Assembly: GCA_029861865.1 (NCBI GenBank)
Contig: JAOTYL010000001.1
Coordinates: 132,066-196,065, forward strand
Origin: Myxococcales bacterium
Lineage (GTDB): Bacteria > Myxococcota_A > Polyangia > Polyangiales > Houyiibacteriaceae
Length of the DNA stretch: 64,000 bases
Direction: 5' to 3'
The notes beneath the pieces were generated by a model. It worked only from the letters and a program-made list of their open reading frames with translations. It was not told the DNA's origin and did not search any database. A program made the position numbers and the translations under genes. Position 1 is the stretch's first letter, and the number at the start of each line of letters is the position of its first letter. Shown here one piece after another: positions 27,754-35,273 of this stretch.

Positions 27754-29241
27754 TTAGTCCATGATTTCGTCGACTTGCTCGACGAGCGGTTCATCGACGC
27801 CAGCGATCAGCTCGGGTGCATCGGCGATGCTGCTCAGCTGAGTCTTTCGTTGCGCGACCACCTCTTTGAATGCGGGGAGGTCACGGGCTGCCATGCGAAT
27901 GCCCGGGCCGTTCAGCTCGGTGTTCGGATCGATGTACCGGCTGTACTTCTTGAGGCCAAAATGCAGGTGCGGCCCGGTCGAACGACCCGTCGAGCCCACG
28001 AACCCGATCAACTCGCGCTGCTTGACGAACGTGCCAGGGCGGATGCCGCCTTTGATGCGATGCAGGTGCGCATAGTGACTTTCGAAGCCGCCGGTGTGAC
28101 GGATGGTGACCAGATTTCCGCTTGGACCCTTGCGTCCCGCGAACTTCACTCGGCCATCCGCGGCGGCCCAAACCGGGGTGCCAGTGCTCGCCGCGTAGTC
28201 GATCCCGAGGTGCGGCATCATTCGCTTCAAGATCGGATGAAAGCGTCGCGGGTTGAAACGAGACGAGAGGCGGTCGTAACGAAGCGGCGTACGAAGCCAG
28301 CCCCCCTGCATGGCGCGCCCCGTGTCGTCGTAGAACTGGCCCGGCACGTTGGGCGCTTCGTAGTAGAAGGCCTGTGCGTTACCGGTGCGCTGGCCGTCGT
28401 ATTCGAGCGCGTGGAGCCGGCCGTAGCGAAGAAACTCCCCGTCTACCCGCTCCTCGTCGACGATGACTCGAAACACATCGCCCTTGCGCGCCTGGATCGG
28501 GAAGTTGATCCGGCCCTCGAATGCCTCGGTGAAAAAGGCGGCGAGACCCGCGGGAAGGCCGATTTCCATCAGGCCATCGCCGATCGACGTTTGCACCGAA
28601 GCGGCCCGTGCGACTGCGTCTCGTTCGACTTTGATCCGGATTTGCTCGGCACGAAAGAGCCCGTCTTCGCCTCGAGAGACTTCGACGAATTCGGTGGCGG
28701 AAGGGTGGTATTCGAAATGTTTCAGCGCCCCGTTTTCGTCCCGCTCGACCACGAGCCTATGCTCGGGCCGACAGCGCCTGAAATCGACGATGTGCTGCAG
28801 CGCTTGCTCGATCTGATTGCACTCCTCGGCTTCGAGGCCGGCATTGAGCAGAGCGCCGCGAAAGCTCGGCACGCCGCCAAAGAGCGTTTCGTAGCGAGCG
28901 TTGGGGCGTGAGCGTTCGAGGGCGAGTCGCTCTTCGGGGCTTGGCTCTTTTTCGACACCACCGTCGGCAGTTGCCGTTACGGTACCGTCGGTTGGCGCCA
29001 TGGCGAGCGCCGCCGCTTTGTCATTAGGGTCGAATGTCGCTTCGACCCAAGCCCAGGTTTCGGGCAGCACGCTACGGATGAGCCAGACAAAGGCAAAACC
29101 CAAGACTACCGCCCCCACGACGCCGCTCACGACCAGACGTTTCGTACGCCGAGCGCGAAGCTCGTTCGGCAAGAGCGCCATCTCCACCGAAGGCAGAGGC
29201 CGCAAGGCGGGCTTCTTCTCACTGCTGGACTCGACGCTCAT
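27754..29241 (-). CDS. M23 family metallopeptidase (membrane-anchored)
   Basis: HLGIDYAA...GSTGRSTGPHLHF (HxxxD / HxH motifs) and an N-terminal TM anchor. Confidence 0.85.
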   Translation of the reverse strand: MSVESSSEKKPALRPLPSVEMALLPNELRARRTKRLVVSGVVGAVVLGFAFVWLIRSVLPETWAWVEATFDPNDKAAALAMAPTDGTVTATADGGVEKEPSPEERLALERSRPNARYETLFGGVPSFRGALLNAGLEAEECNQIEQALQHIVDFRRCRPEHRLVVERDENGALKHFEYHPSATEFVEVSRGEDGLFRAEQIRIKVERDAVARAASVQTSIGDGLMEIGLPAGLAAFFTEAFEGRINFPIQARKGDVFRVIVDEERVDGEFLRYGRLHALEYDGQRTGNAQAFYYEAPNVPGQFYDDTGRAMQGGWLRTPLRYDRLSSRFNPRRFHPILKRMMPHLGIDYAASTGTPVWAAADGRVKFAGRKGPSGNLVTIRHTGGFESHYAHLHRIKGGIRPGTFVKQRELIGFVGSTGRSTGPHLHFGLKKYSRYIDPNTELNGPGIRMAARDLPAFKEVVAQRKTQLSSIADAPELIAGVDEPLVEQVDEIMD

Positions 29242-29334
29242 CGAACGCTCGACTTATCAGCGGCTGGGTTTTTGCGCAAAGCCCACATCATGGGGCGGGC
29301 CACGTGGACGACGCAAAGCGTCGACTTTACGGGG

Positions 29335-29363
29335 TTGACACCCCTGAGGGTCAGGGTTAGGAC
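29335..29363 (+). promoter_or_regulatory. candidate promoter for tRNA-Val
   Basis: TTGACA (29335-29340), 17 nt, then TAGGAC, about 17 nt before the tRNA 5' end. Pattern match only. Confidence 0.3.
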
Positions 29364-29379
29364 GCTCCACCGAGCCAGC

Positions 29380-29454
29380 GCGGGAGTAACTCAGGGGTAG
29401 AGTGCCATCTTGACAAGGTGGAAGTCGGCGGTTCAAACCCGCCCTCCCGCACCA
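29380..29454 (+). tRNA. tRNA-Val (anticodon GAC)
   Basis: Hand-folded cloverleaf: acceptor GCGGGAG/CTCCCGC, D stem ACTC/GAGT, anticodon stem CCATC/GGTGG, loop TTGACAA, T arm GGCGG-TTCAAAC-CCGCC. The CCA end is encoded. Confidence 0.9.
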
Positions 29455-29461
29455 GCCCTCA

Positions 29462-29499
29462 GTGCCTACCAAGGGATCGCAAGCACCTCGCAATGTTTC
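29462..29499 (+). repeat. left copy of a 38-bp direct repeat (tRNA 3'-end-like GTGCCTACCA plus flank)
   Basis: GTGCCTACCAAGGGATCGCAAGCACCTCGCAATGTTTC against GTGCCTACCAAGTGATTGCAAGCACTTGGCGTGGTTTC at 34535-34572, about 30 of 38 identical. Confidence 0.7.
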
Positions 29500-30302
29500 C
29501 TGCACGCAAACCGCTATCCGAAGACTTCGAACGGGCGGAAGTCACCATCGACGGGATGACGAAGCCCGTCTGGCGAAGCGGCAACGGTCCCGGCGTAGTC
29601 ATCATGCACGAAGTTCCAGGGATCACGCCACGCGTGGCGAGGTTCGCCCGTATCGTGCGCGACCACGGGTTTACCGTGTTCCTGCCGGAGATGTTTGGGG
29701 TGGTCGACAAGCCGGTGAGCGGCGGATACGTGATCTCTTCGATGGCGCACTGCTGCGTCTCGCGTGAGTTCCACGTATTGGCGACGGGCGGTTCGAGCCC
29801 GATCACCGACTGGCTGCGCAAGCTGTGTCGCCAAGTGCATGAGGAGCTCGGCGGGCCGGGCGTCGGCGCGCTTGGTATGTGCATGACCGGGAACTTCGCT
29901 CTGGCACTCATGGTCGACCCTTCGGTGCAAGCTCCGGTGCTGTCCCAGCCCTCGCTGCCTTTCCCGATCGGAAAGGCCCGAGCCCGCGCTGTTCATGCCT
30001 CGCCCGAGGAGCTCTCGGTCATCAAGAGACGGGTGCGCGAAGAGGGTGTGAAAGTGCTCGGCCTTAGGTTTACAGCCGACCCGATCTGCACCCGGGCGCG
30101 TTTCGAAACGCTGCGCCGAGAGCTTGGCGAGGGGTTCGAGGGAATCGAGATCGACTCCGGCCCCGACAATCCGTGGGGAATCAAGCGTGTTGCGCACAGC
30201 GTCCTCACCGAGGAGCTCGTCGACGACGACGGGCATCCGACCAAGCAGGCGCTCGACCGCGTGCTGGGGTTCTTTGACGAGCGGCTTCGACGCACTGCGT
30301 AG
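29493..30302 (+). CDS. dienelactone hydrolase family protein
   Basis: GVVIMHEVPGITP... and the nucleophile elbow GMCMTGNFA (G-x-C-x-G). ATG 29493 is used because the longer ORF overlaps tRNA-Val. Confidence 0.75.
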   Translation: MFPARKPLSEDFERAEVTIDGMTKPVWRSGNGPGVVIMHEVPGITPRVARFARIVRDHGFTVFLPEMFGVVDKPVSGGYVISSMAHCCVSREFHVLATGGSSPITDWLRKLCRQVHEELGGPGVGALGMCMTGNFALALMVDPSVQAPVLSQPSLPFPIGKARARAVHASPEELSVIKRRVREEGVKVLGLRFTADPICTRARFETLRRELGEGFEGIEIDSGPDNPWGIKRVAHSVLTEELVDDDGHPTKQALDRVLGFFDERLRRTA

Positions 30303-30375
30303 CCAAGGAGTGTCAACCGGAGCCCTCCCAATCTGAAAGGAACGCACGACTTGGTTCGCCATCGTCGTCCCGATC

Positions 30376-32121
30376 TCAGAAGCTAGGAACCAGGTAGTCA
30401 GTGCCTTCCCAGAATGCGCAGGCAGCGATCGGGCCGTCGCGTGCGGTTTCGACCTCTTTGTCCAGCACCAGGAACTCCGGATCGGTGCGGTCGAACAGAG
30501 GCCAAGGCTCGGCGCCGTCTCCGTTTGGGTCGCCGGTTCGCGCAAAGCGCGCCCAATAGCCGCGTATGGTGCGCCATAGCTGCTCGTCCACCGAGCCACT
30601 TACAAACTCGGACTCTGAAGGGAGCATGGGTACGCCAAAGACATACTGGATGTCTGCCGAGTGAAACGCGCCATCGCTCCATCCCTCAAACTGCGAACGA
30701 TCGAGACTTGGCAGAAGTGGCACTTCGTCGAGCGCGAAATCCGCGTCTGGATAACGGAACTCGTAGACGTAGGTGGGCACGTACGTCGATGCAGAGGCCG
30801 CCTGAGCCAACGATGGGCACCGAAAGATCACATCACCCGTGACGGCCGAAAACGCATCGCCAGGATCAGCGAAGTTGTCCGGCGGGTACTGGTCGGCTAT
30901 CGCGTCACGGGCGAGTGATGCATTGCCTCCGAGCAGGTAGGCGACGAAGTCGGGGTAGTTTTCTTCAGTAATGTCGACCCCCGCACCAACACTGTCGTCT
31001 TCAGCCAGCCATCCAAAGAGCCGCCCTTCCTCGCGAGTGAAACCGATCATCAAGGGAACTTGATTGAAGGTTCCGTTCGCCGTGCTGAGTGCGGACTGTT
31101 CCTCGAAGAAAGAGCCGTCCAAGGTCGGCGTCCACTGGAGGTACTTGCCTTCGAGGTCGATGAGCGCCACCTCATACCCGATAAACCCACTATCGGCCGG
31201 GTCTGGTGCCCACGCTTCGTGAAGCTCCTCCCAAGGCTTACCACGCATGCAGCCGAGGACGTCTGTTGCGGGGTCACAACCGACGAGCTCCGCGAAGCGT
31301 TCGCCCTCGACCTGCGCCGCCGCGAGCGTCGGCCAAGGTCGCTCGCATGATCCACTCTGCAAGATAGCCCGATGAAATAGCCCAGCGGCCCGGGGCGAGG
31401 TCACCAATGCACATGTGCTAAACGCGCCGGCCGATTCACCGAAGACGGTGACGTTGTTCGGGTTACCGCCAAATGCTCGGATGTTTTCACGTACCCAGCG
31501 AAGCGCTGCAACCTGGTCCATCAACCCATAGTTACCGGACGCATTCTGCTCGCTCTCCGCGGTCAACGCTGCATGTGCGAGGAATCCAAACGGCCCAAGG
31601 CGGTAGTTCATGCTGACCACGACGACGCTTTCCGTCTCCGCCAGTTTGGTGCCGGACGTGCCGCCATCGGTTTGCACGCCTTCGCCCAAGACAAACCCTC
31701 CGCCGTGGATCCACACCATGACCGGAAGATCGCTTCCTTCCTTCGGCGTAACGACGTTTAGATAGAGACAATCCTCGTCAACCGGTCCGAGGAATGGCGC
31801 TGAGACCTCGCCGCCGGCCAGGCTCTGCGGGCACTTTGGAACGGGAATGACTGCAGGCGCCCCCTCGATGATCGGGACCTCCGGGCTGACCGTCTCGAGC
31901 ACATCGGTCCACGGTGCCGCGGGCTGTGGAGGCTTCCACCGAAGTGGACCAATGGGTGGGGCCGCGTACGGGATGCCAAAGAAAGTGTAGAACTCCCCTT
32001 CCTCCTGTCCTTGGACAGGCCCTTCTTGCGTCTCCACGAGAGACATGCGCGAAGCGGTCGTCGATTCACTGCAGGAACCAAGCAAGATCGCGGTCACGAC
32101 GAAGCGCAGTCGGTATCTCAT
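30376..32121 (-). CDS. type B carboxylesterase lipoprotein
   Basis: GIPYAAPPIGPLRWKPP, HGGGF and FGESAGA motifs. Lipobox LLGSC. ATG 32121 has GGGAGA 7 nt upstream; the track start is 32142. Confidence 0.85.
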   Translation of the reverse strand: MRYRLRFVVTAILLGSCSESTTASRMSLVETQEGPVQGQEEGEFYTFFGIPYAAPPIGPLRWKPPQPAAPWTDVLETVSPEVPIIEGAPAVIPVPKCPQSLAGGEVSAPFLGPVDEDCLYLNVVTPKEGSDLPVMVWIHGGGFVLGEGVQTDGGTSGTKLAETESVVVVSMNYRLGPFGFLAHAALTAESEQNASGNYGLMDQVAALRWVRENIRAFGGNPNNVTVFGESAGAFSTCALVTSPRAAGLFHRAILQSGSCERPWPTLAAAQVEGERFAELVGCDPATDVLGCMRGKPWEELHEAWAPDPADSGFIGYEVALIDLEGKYLQWTPTLDGSFFEEQSALSTANGTFNQVPLMIGFTREEGRLFGWLAEDDSVGAGVDITEENYPDFVAYLLGGNASLARDAIADQYPPDNFADPGDAFSAVTGDVIFRCPSLAQAASASTYVPTYVYEFRYPDADFALDEVPLLPSLDRSQFEGWSDGAFHSADIQYVFGVPMLPSESEFVSGSVDEQLWRTIRGYWARFARTGDPNGDGAEPWPLFDRTDPEFLVLDKEVETARDGPIAACAFWEGTDYLVPSF

Positions 32122-32312
32122 GAGCCATTCTCCCAGGAACATAGGCGAAACAAAGGCCCTTTTTCAGTCTCGCAAAGCTAACTCATGAGAGGTTCTGCGC
32201 AATTCAGTAGCTGAGTGAGCATGACTCCGCTGTTTCTGGTTCCGTACGCGATCTTGTTCCACCTGTTGTCGGCGCTGAGCTACGCGAAATACGAAGCACG
32301 AAGCTCCGGCCG

Positions 32313-33203
32313 CTAGAGCGATGAGGCGGGAAAGCCGGACAAGCGCTCGATTCGTCCATCCCGGAAACGCACGTAATTGACGACGTCGAGGGTCCCGCCG
32401 TCACTGAAAATCACCTGCGCGGATTGTCGGATCAAAAGCGAACGCTCTCCTTGCGTGGCAAATACCCGCAGGCTCTCGCCGAGGAACAACGCGCTGTCGA
32501 ACGCGGTCTGTTGACGCCGGATTTCCGCGGCGAGGGGCTCACGACCTTGCACGTCGGTCAGCAGGTCGGTGAAGCGCACGTCTTCCGTGGTCGCGATGCG
32601 CAATTCCTCGAGGAGGGCCGCTTGGTCGGGGGTGTTCCAGGCCCGCTCCCAAGCGAGGAGCTCGTCGGTCGCGGAGGCTTCCGCTCCTCCACCGGCAAGG
32701 ATGTGAATCCGGGCGAGCAAACCACTCCCGGCAAACTCGAGCCAGTCTTGTCCCCGTTCGATCACGGTGCCGGACGCATCCACGAGCGACCACGCCAGTA
32801 GGGCTTCTCGATGACGATAGAGGATTGGTCCGTCGAGCTCTCGTGTGATGCCCTCCTCGGACAACAGCTCGATCGCGGTGTCCAGACGGTGGACCACTTC
32901 GAGACGGCCCCCCGGTGTGCCGCTGCCGTCGATCAAGATGGCGTCCTCGTCCAAGCTGCGCTGGATCGCGCACACACGCGTCACCGCATCGGCTTCGTTC
33001 CAGGCATCTAGGTACAACGATGTCGCGTCTTCCGGGTCCGACGCGCTCGGTTCGTCGCATTGGACCTCGGAGAGGGTCGTGTCTGCGTCGCCGCAAGCGA
33101 CCGCGGTCGAGGCGAGGAGGAGCAGGAGAGGGATGTTTTGGCTGCGCATGAGTGGGTCCTTTCGTGGGTCCACCTCCGATCTAGATTGTATCTTTGGATG
33201 CAT
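32313..33203 (-). CDS. hypothetical lipoprotein
   Basis: Signal peptide plus lipobox (LLLLASTAVACGD). No family recognised. Same strand as, and upstream of, the carboxylesterase gene. Confidence 0.5.
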   Translation of the reverse strand: MHPKIQSRSEVDPRKDPLMRSQNIPLLLLLASTAVACGDADTTLSEVQCDEPSASDPEDATSLYLDAWNEADAVTRVCAIQRSLDEDAILIDGSGTPGGRLEVVHRLDTAIELLSEEGITRELDGPILYRHREALLAWSLVDASGTVIERGQDWLEFAGSGLLARIHILAGGGAEASATDELLAWERAWNTPDQAALLEELRIATTEDVRFTDLLTDVQGREPLAAEIRRQQTAFDSALFLGESLRVFATQGERSLLIRQSAQVIFSDGGTLDVVNYVRFRDGRIERLSGFPASSL

Positions 33204-33226
33204 CAATATGACTTTTGGAGGACATA

Positions 33227-33247
33227 TTGTTGATATATAATCAACAA
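33227..33247. promoter_or_regulatory. perfect 8-5-8 palindrome, candidate LysR-type operator
   Basis: TTGTTGAT-ATATA-ATCAACAA lies in the AT-rich 45-bp divergent region and abuts ATG 33248. Confidence 0.35.
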
Positions 33248-34159
33248 ATGCCTGAGAGTATGGGCTCGATCCCGGTGTTCGTTGCGGTCGTGGAGGCCAA
33301 TAGCTTCACGAAGGCCGCGCGAAAGCTCGGCCTCACCAAGTCTGCGGTCAGTCGCCGCGTATCGGATCTCGAAGATGAGCTCGGCGTCCGGCTGCTGCAG
33401 CGCACGACGCGGCGGTTGAGCCTAACCGAAGCGGGCGCGCGGTATTTCGAGCATGCGCGCCACGCATTGCTCGAGGCGCAAGCGGCCGAGGACGCGGCGA
33501 CCGAGCTTCAACGGGTCCCGCGGGGGCGGCTCCGGATCAATGCACCGATGTCTTTCGGGCGCTTGCACGTCGCACCCATGATTCCTTCTTTTCTCGATCG
33601 CTATCCCGAAATCCACATCGACATGACCATGGAAGACCGCGTCGTCGATCTGGTCGAAGGTGGCTATGATCTCGCGATTCGCGTCGGTTCGCTGCCGGAT
33701 TCGAGCCTCGTCGCACGCAAACTCGCGCCGAGCCACAACGTGGTGTGCGCGACCCCTGCCTACGTACGCAAGCATGGGTCGCCTAAGAACCCCGACGCGC
33801 TCGTCGATCACGACTGCCTATTGTACGCCTATTTCAGCGAAGCCAACGAATGGACGTTCATACGCGACGGTCGCCAACAAACCGTTCGCGTATCGGGCAG
33901 CTATCGCGTGAACAACAGCGAGGCACTCCGCGAGGCGGTCATTCAAGGGGTGGGGGTCGCGCGGATCCCAACCTTCATCGTGGGTCCCGACATTGCGGAA
34001 AACCGCCTCGTTCCATTGCTATGTGACTACACCATGCCCGCTCAGGACATCTACGCGGTCTGGCCCGAGCGCCGTCACCTGCCCACGAAGGTACGCGTAT
34101 TCATCGATTTTCTCTCGGAACGTATCGGAGGTGAGCGTCCGGTGTGGGATCCGTCGTGA
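33248..34159 (+). CDS. LysR family transcriptional regulator
   Basis: N-terminal HTH FVAVVEANSFTKAARKLGLTKSAVSRRVSDLEDELGVRLLQRTTRR and a typical about 300-aa length. Alternative starts at 33215 and 33260. Confidence 0.85.
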   Translation: MPESMGSIPVFVAVVEANSFTKAARKLGLTKSAVSRRVSDLEDELGVRLLQRTTRRLSLTEAGARYFEHARHALLEAQAAEDAATELQRVPRGRLRINAPMSFGRLHVAPMIPSFLDRYPEIHIDMTMEDRVVDLVEGGYDLAIRVGSLPDSSLVARKLAPSHNVVCATPAYVRKHGSPKNPDALVDHDCLLYAYFSEANEWTFIRDGRQQTVRVSGSYRVNNSEALREAVIQGVGVARIPTFIVGPDIAENRLVPLLCDYTMPAQDIYAVWPERRHLPTKVRVFIDFLSERIGGERPVWDPS

Positions 34160-34278
34160 TGATGCGGTCTCAGCGCGTTTGTTTGATCGCGTATGCGACG
34201 AGGCGCCGATAGACGCATTCCTTTGCGCCAGCAGGTCGGTCGAGCCTCATGCGGGAGAATAAACCCGTCAGTGCTGCA

Positions 34279-34434
34279 TCAGTCGTGTCGACGCTCCTCG
34301 AGCTCGCGCAAGATCCAAACGGCGAGGGCCATTTCGCGAACGGTGGCCTCGGGATCGCTGAGGACGTCGCGGGCGAGGGTTGCAATCGACACACCGTGTG
34401 TCGAAAGGCCCCCGTCGGTGCCCTTCTTGCCCAT
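34279..34434 (-). CDS. possible small protein (51 aa)
   Basis: ATG 34434 is preceded by GAAGGG at 6 nt. The upstream part of the track ORF (MVGTGGFEPPTP) is only the shadow of the tRNA-like fragment. No family recognised. Confidence 0.25.
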   Translation of the reverse strand: MGKKGTDGGLSTHGVSIATLARDVLSDPEATVREMALAVWILRELEERRHD

Positions 34435-34436
34435 GG
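34373..34436 (+). repeat. copy A of a diverged ~64-bp direct repeat; contains a perfect 17-bp palindrome CGACACACCGTGTGTCG (34387-34403)
   Basis: GCGAGGGTTGCAATCGACACACCGTGTGTCGAAAGGCC... aligns with 35161-35223 at roughly 75-80 percent identity, by eye. Confidence 0.6.
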
Positions 34437-34491
34437 TTGACCCTTCGCCACAATCGCTTTCGATAAGTGAAAGCGGCGCCGGCGTGCGTGC

Positions 34492-34544
34492 ACTTCGCTT
34501 TGACACGGTAGGGGTCGGCGGTTCGAAACCGCCCGTGCCTACCA
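34492..34544 (+). pseudogene. 3' fragment of a tRNA-Val(GAC)-like gene (anticodon loop to CCA; no 5' acceptor strand or D arm)
   Basis: TTTGACA loop, T arm GGCGG-TTCGAAA-CCGCC, CGTGCCT-A-CCA. About 34 of 46 nt are identical to the 3' part of tRNA-Val at 29380-29454. No matching 5' acceptor strand was found upstream. Confidence 0.55.
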
Positions 34545-34572
34545 AGTGATTGCAAGCACTTGGCGTGGTTTC
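34535..34572 (+). repeat. right copy of the 38-bp direct repeat
   Basis: See 29462-29499. Confidence 0.7.
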
Positions 34573-34604
34573 TGTCTCTCCGCCATGGGGGAAGGCCTAC
34601 GAAG

Positions 34605-35012
34605 TCACCTCTCCCACTTCGCCATCAGCAAGAGATAGAACCCGACCAGTACGTTCAGAAGGTAGACTAACGGGCTGCCAAGGCGCGCCCAGATCGGCAG
34701 GGCCGGCGCCTGCGTCGGTGTGGCTCCGAAGACCTCGATCACGTTCTGCGAGAATGTGGTCTGTGGCGACACCGCGGCGAGATCCTGCACCAGCTGCAAG
34801 AAGCCTGCGTTGACGATGTTCATGGTCATGACGAAATTGAAGGTACCCAGCAAGAACGCGACGAAGACCGCTGCTCGAACGAACACCGGTGTGTTTCGGA
34901 TCACGTAGGCCAAGAAGAAGATACCCAGCGTCCAGATCATGCTGGCAAGAAGCCAGCCGATAAAACCCAGCCGATTCATGGCGATTAGTTGCGCAATGTC
35001 AGTTTCGGTCAT
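34605..35012 (-). CDS. small integral membrane protein (135 aa)
   Basis: ATG 35012 is preceded by GGAAGGGA. Four hydrophobic helices. The track ORF extends to TTG 35192 through the hexamer array, which I consider unlikely but not excluded. Confidence 0.5.
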   Translation of the reverse strand: MTETDIAQLIAMNRLGFIGWLLASMIWTLGIFFLAYVIRNTPVFVRAAVFVAFLLGTFNFVMTMNIVNAGFLQLVQDLAAVSPQTTFSQNVIEVFGATPTQAPALPIWARLGSPLVYLLNVLVGFYLLLMAKWER

Positions 35013-35115
35013 GGTTTTCGTCCCTTCCGTGAGACCCTGACCGGAGCGGTCAGCGGTCCAGGCTTGTTCCGATAGCCTACGCCCGGCTTCAAACACACCG
35101 TTAGAGAAAAAGGCC

Positions 35116-35163
35116 CTGACACTGACGCTGGCACTGCCGCTGACACTGCCGCTGACACCGGCG
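35116..35163 (+). repeat. hexanucleotide array (CTGRCR)x8
   Basis: CTGACA CTGACG CTGGCA CTGCCG CTGACA CTGCCG CTGACA CCGGCG. Intergenic, ending 110 nt before the thrS ATG. Confidence 0.85.
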
Positions 35164-35223
35164 AGGGTTGCGATCGGTACGCCGTGTGTCAAAAGGCCTC
35201 TTTCGTTGCCCTTTTCCCAAATG
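35161..35223 (+). repeat. copy B of the ~64-bp direct repeat
   Basis: GCGAGGGTTGCGATCGGTACGCCGTGTGTCAAAAGGCC... The palindrome is degenerate in this copy. Confidence 0.6.
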
Positions 35224-35273
35224 ACTCACTGGCTGGTCTCGAGCTCGAGCTACATACTTCGGTCCTGCGACCG

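Noticed and set aside
29418-29492. Upstream extension of the dienelactone hydrolase ORF (MEVGGSNPPSRT...).
   Set aside because: It overlaps the 3' half of tRNA-Val. The internal ATG 29493 gives a normal N-terminus.
34201-34544. Possible tmRNA: a T arm plus ACCA 3' end, with AGGCGCC about 340 nt upstream.
   Set aside because: The 5' candidate pairs at only 6 of 7 positions. There is no GGGG...UUCGAC-type 5' region and no tag reading frame ending in Ala-Ala-stop. The interval also contains an ORF and a repeat copy.
34435-34545. N-terminal part of track ORF 34279-34545 (MVGTGGFEPPTPTVSK).
   Set aside because: The GGFEPPTP peptide is the reverse-complement shadow of a tRNA T arm. Only the part downstream of ATG 34434 is considered possibly coding.
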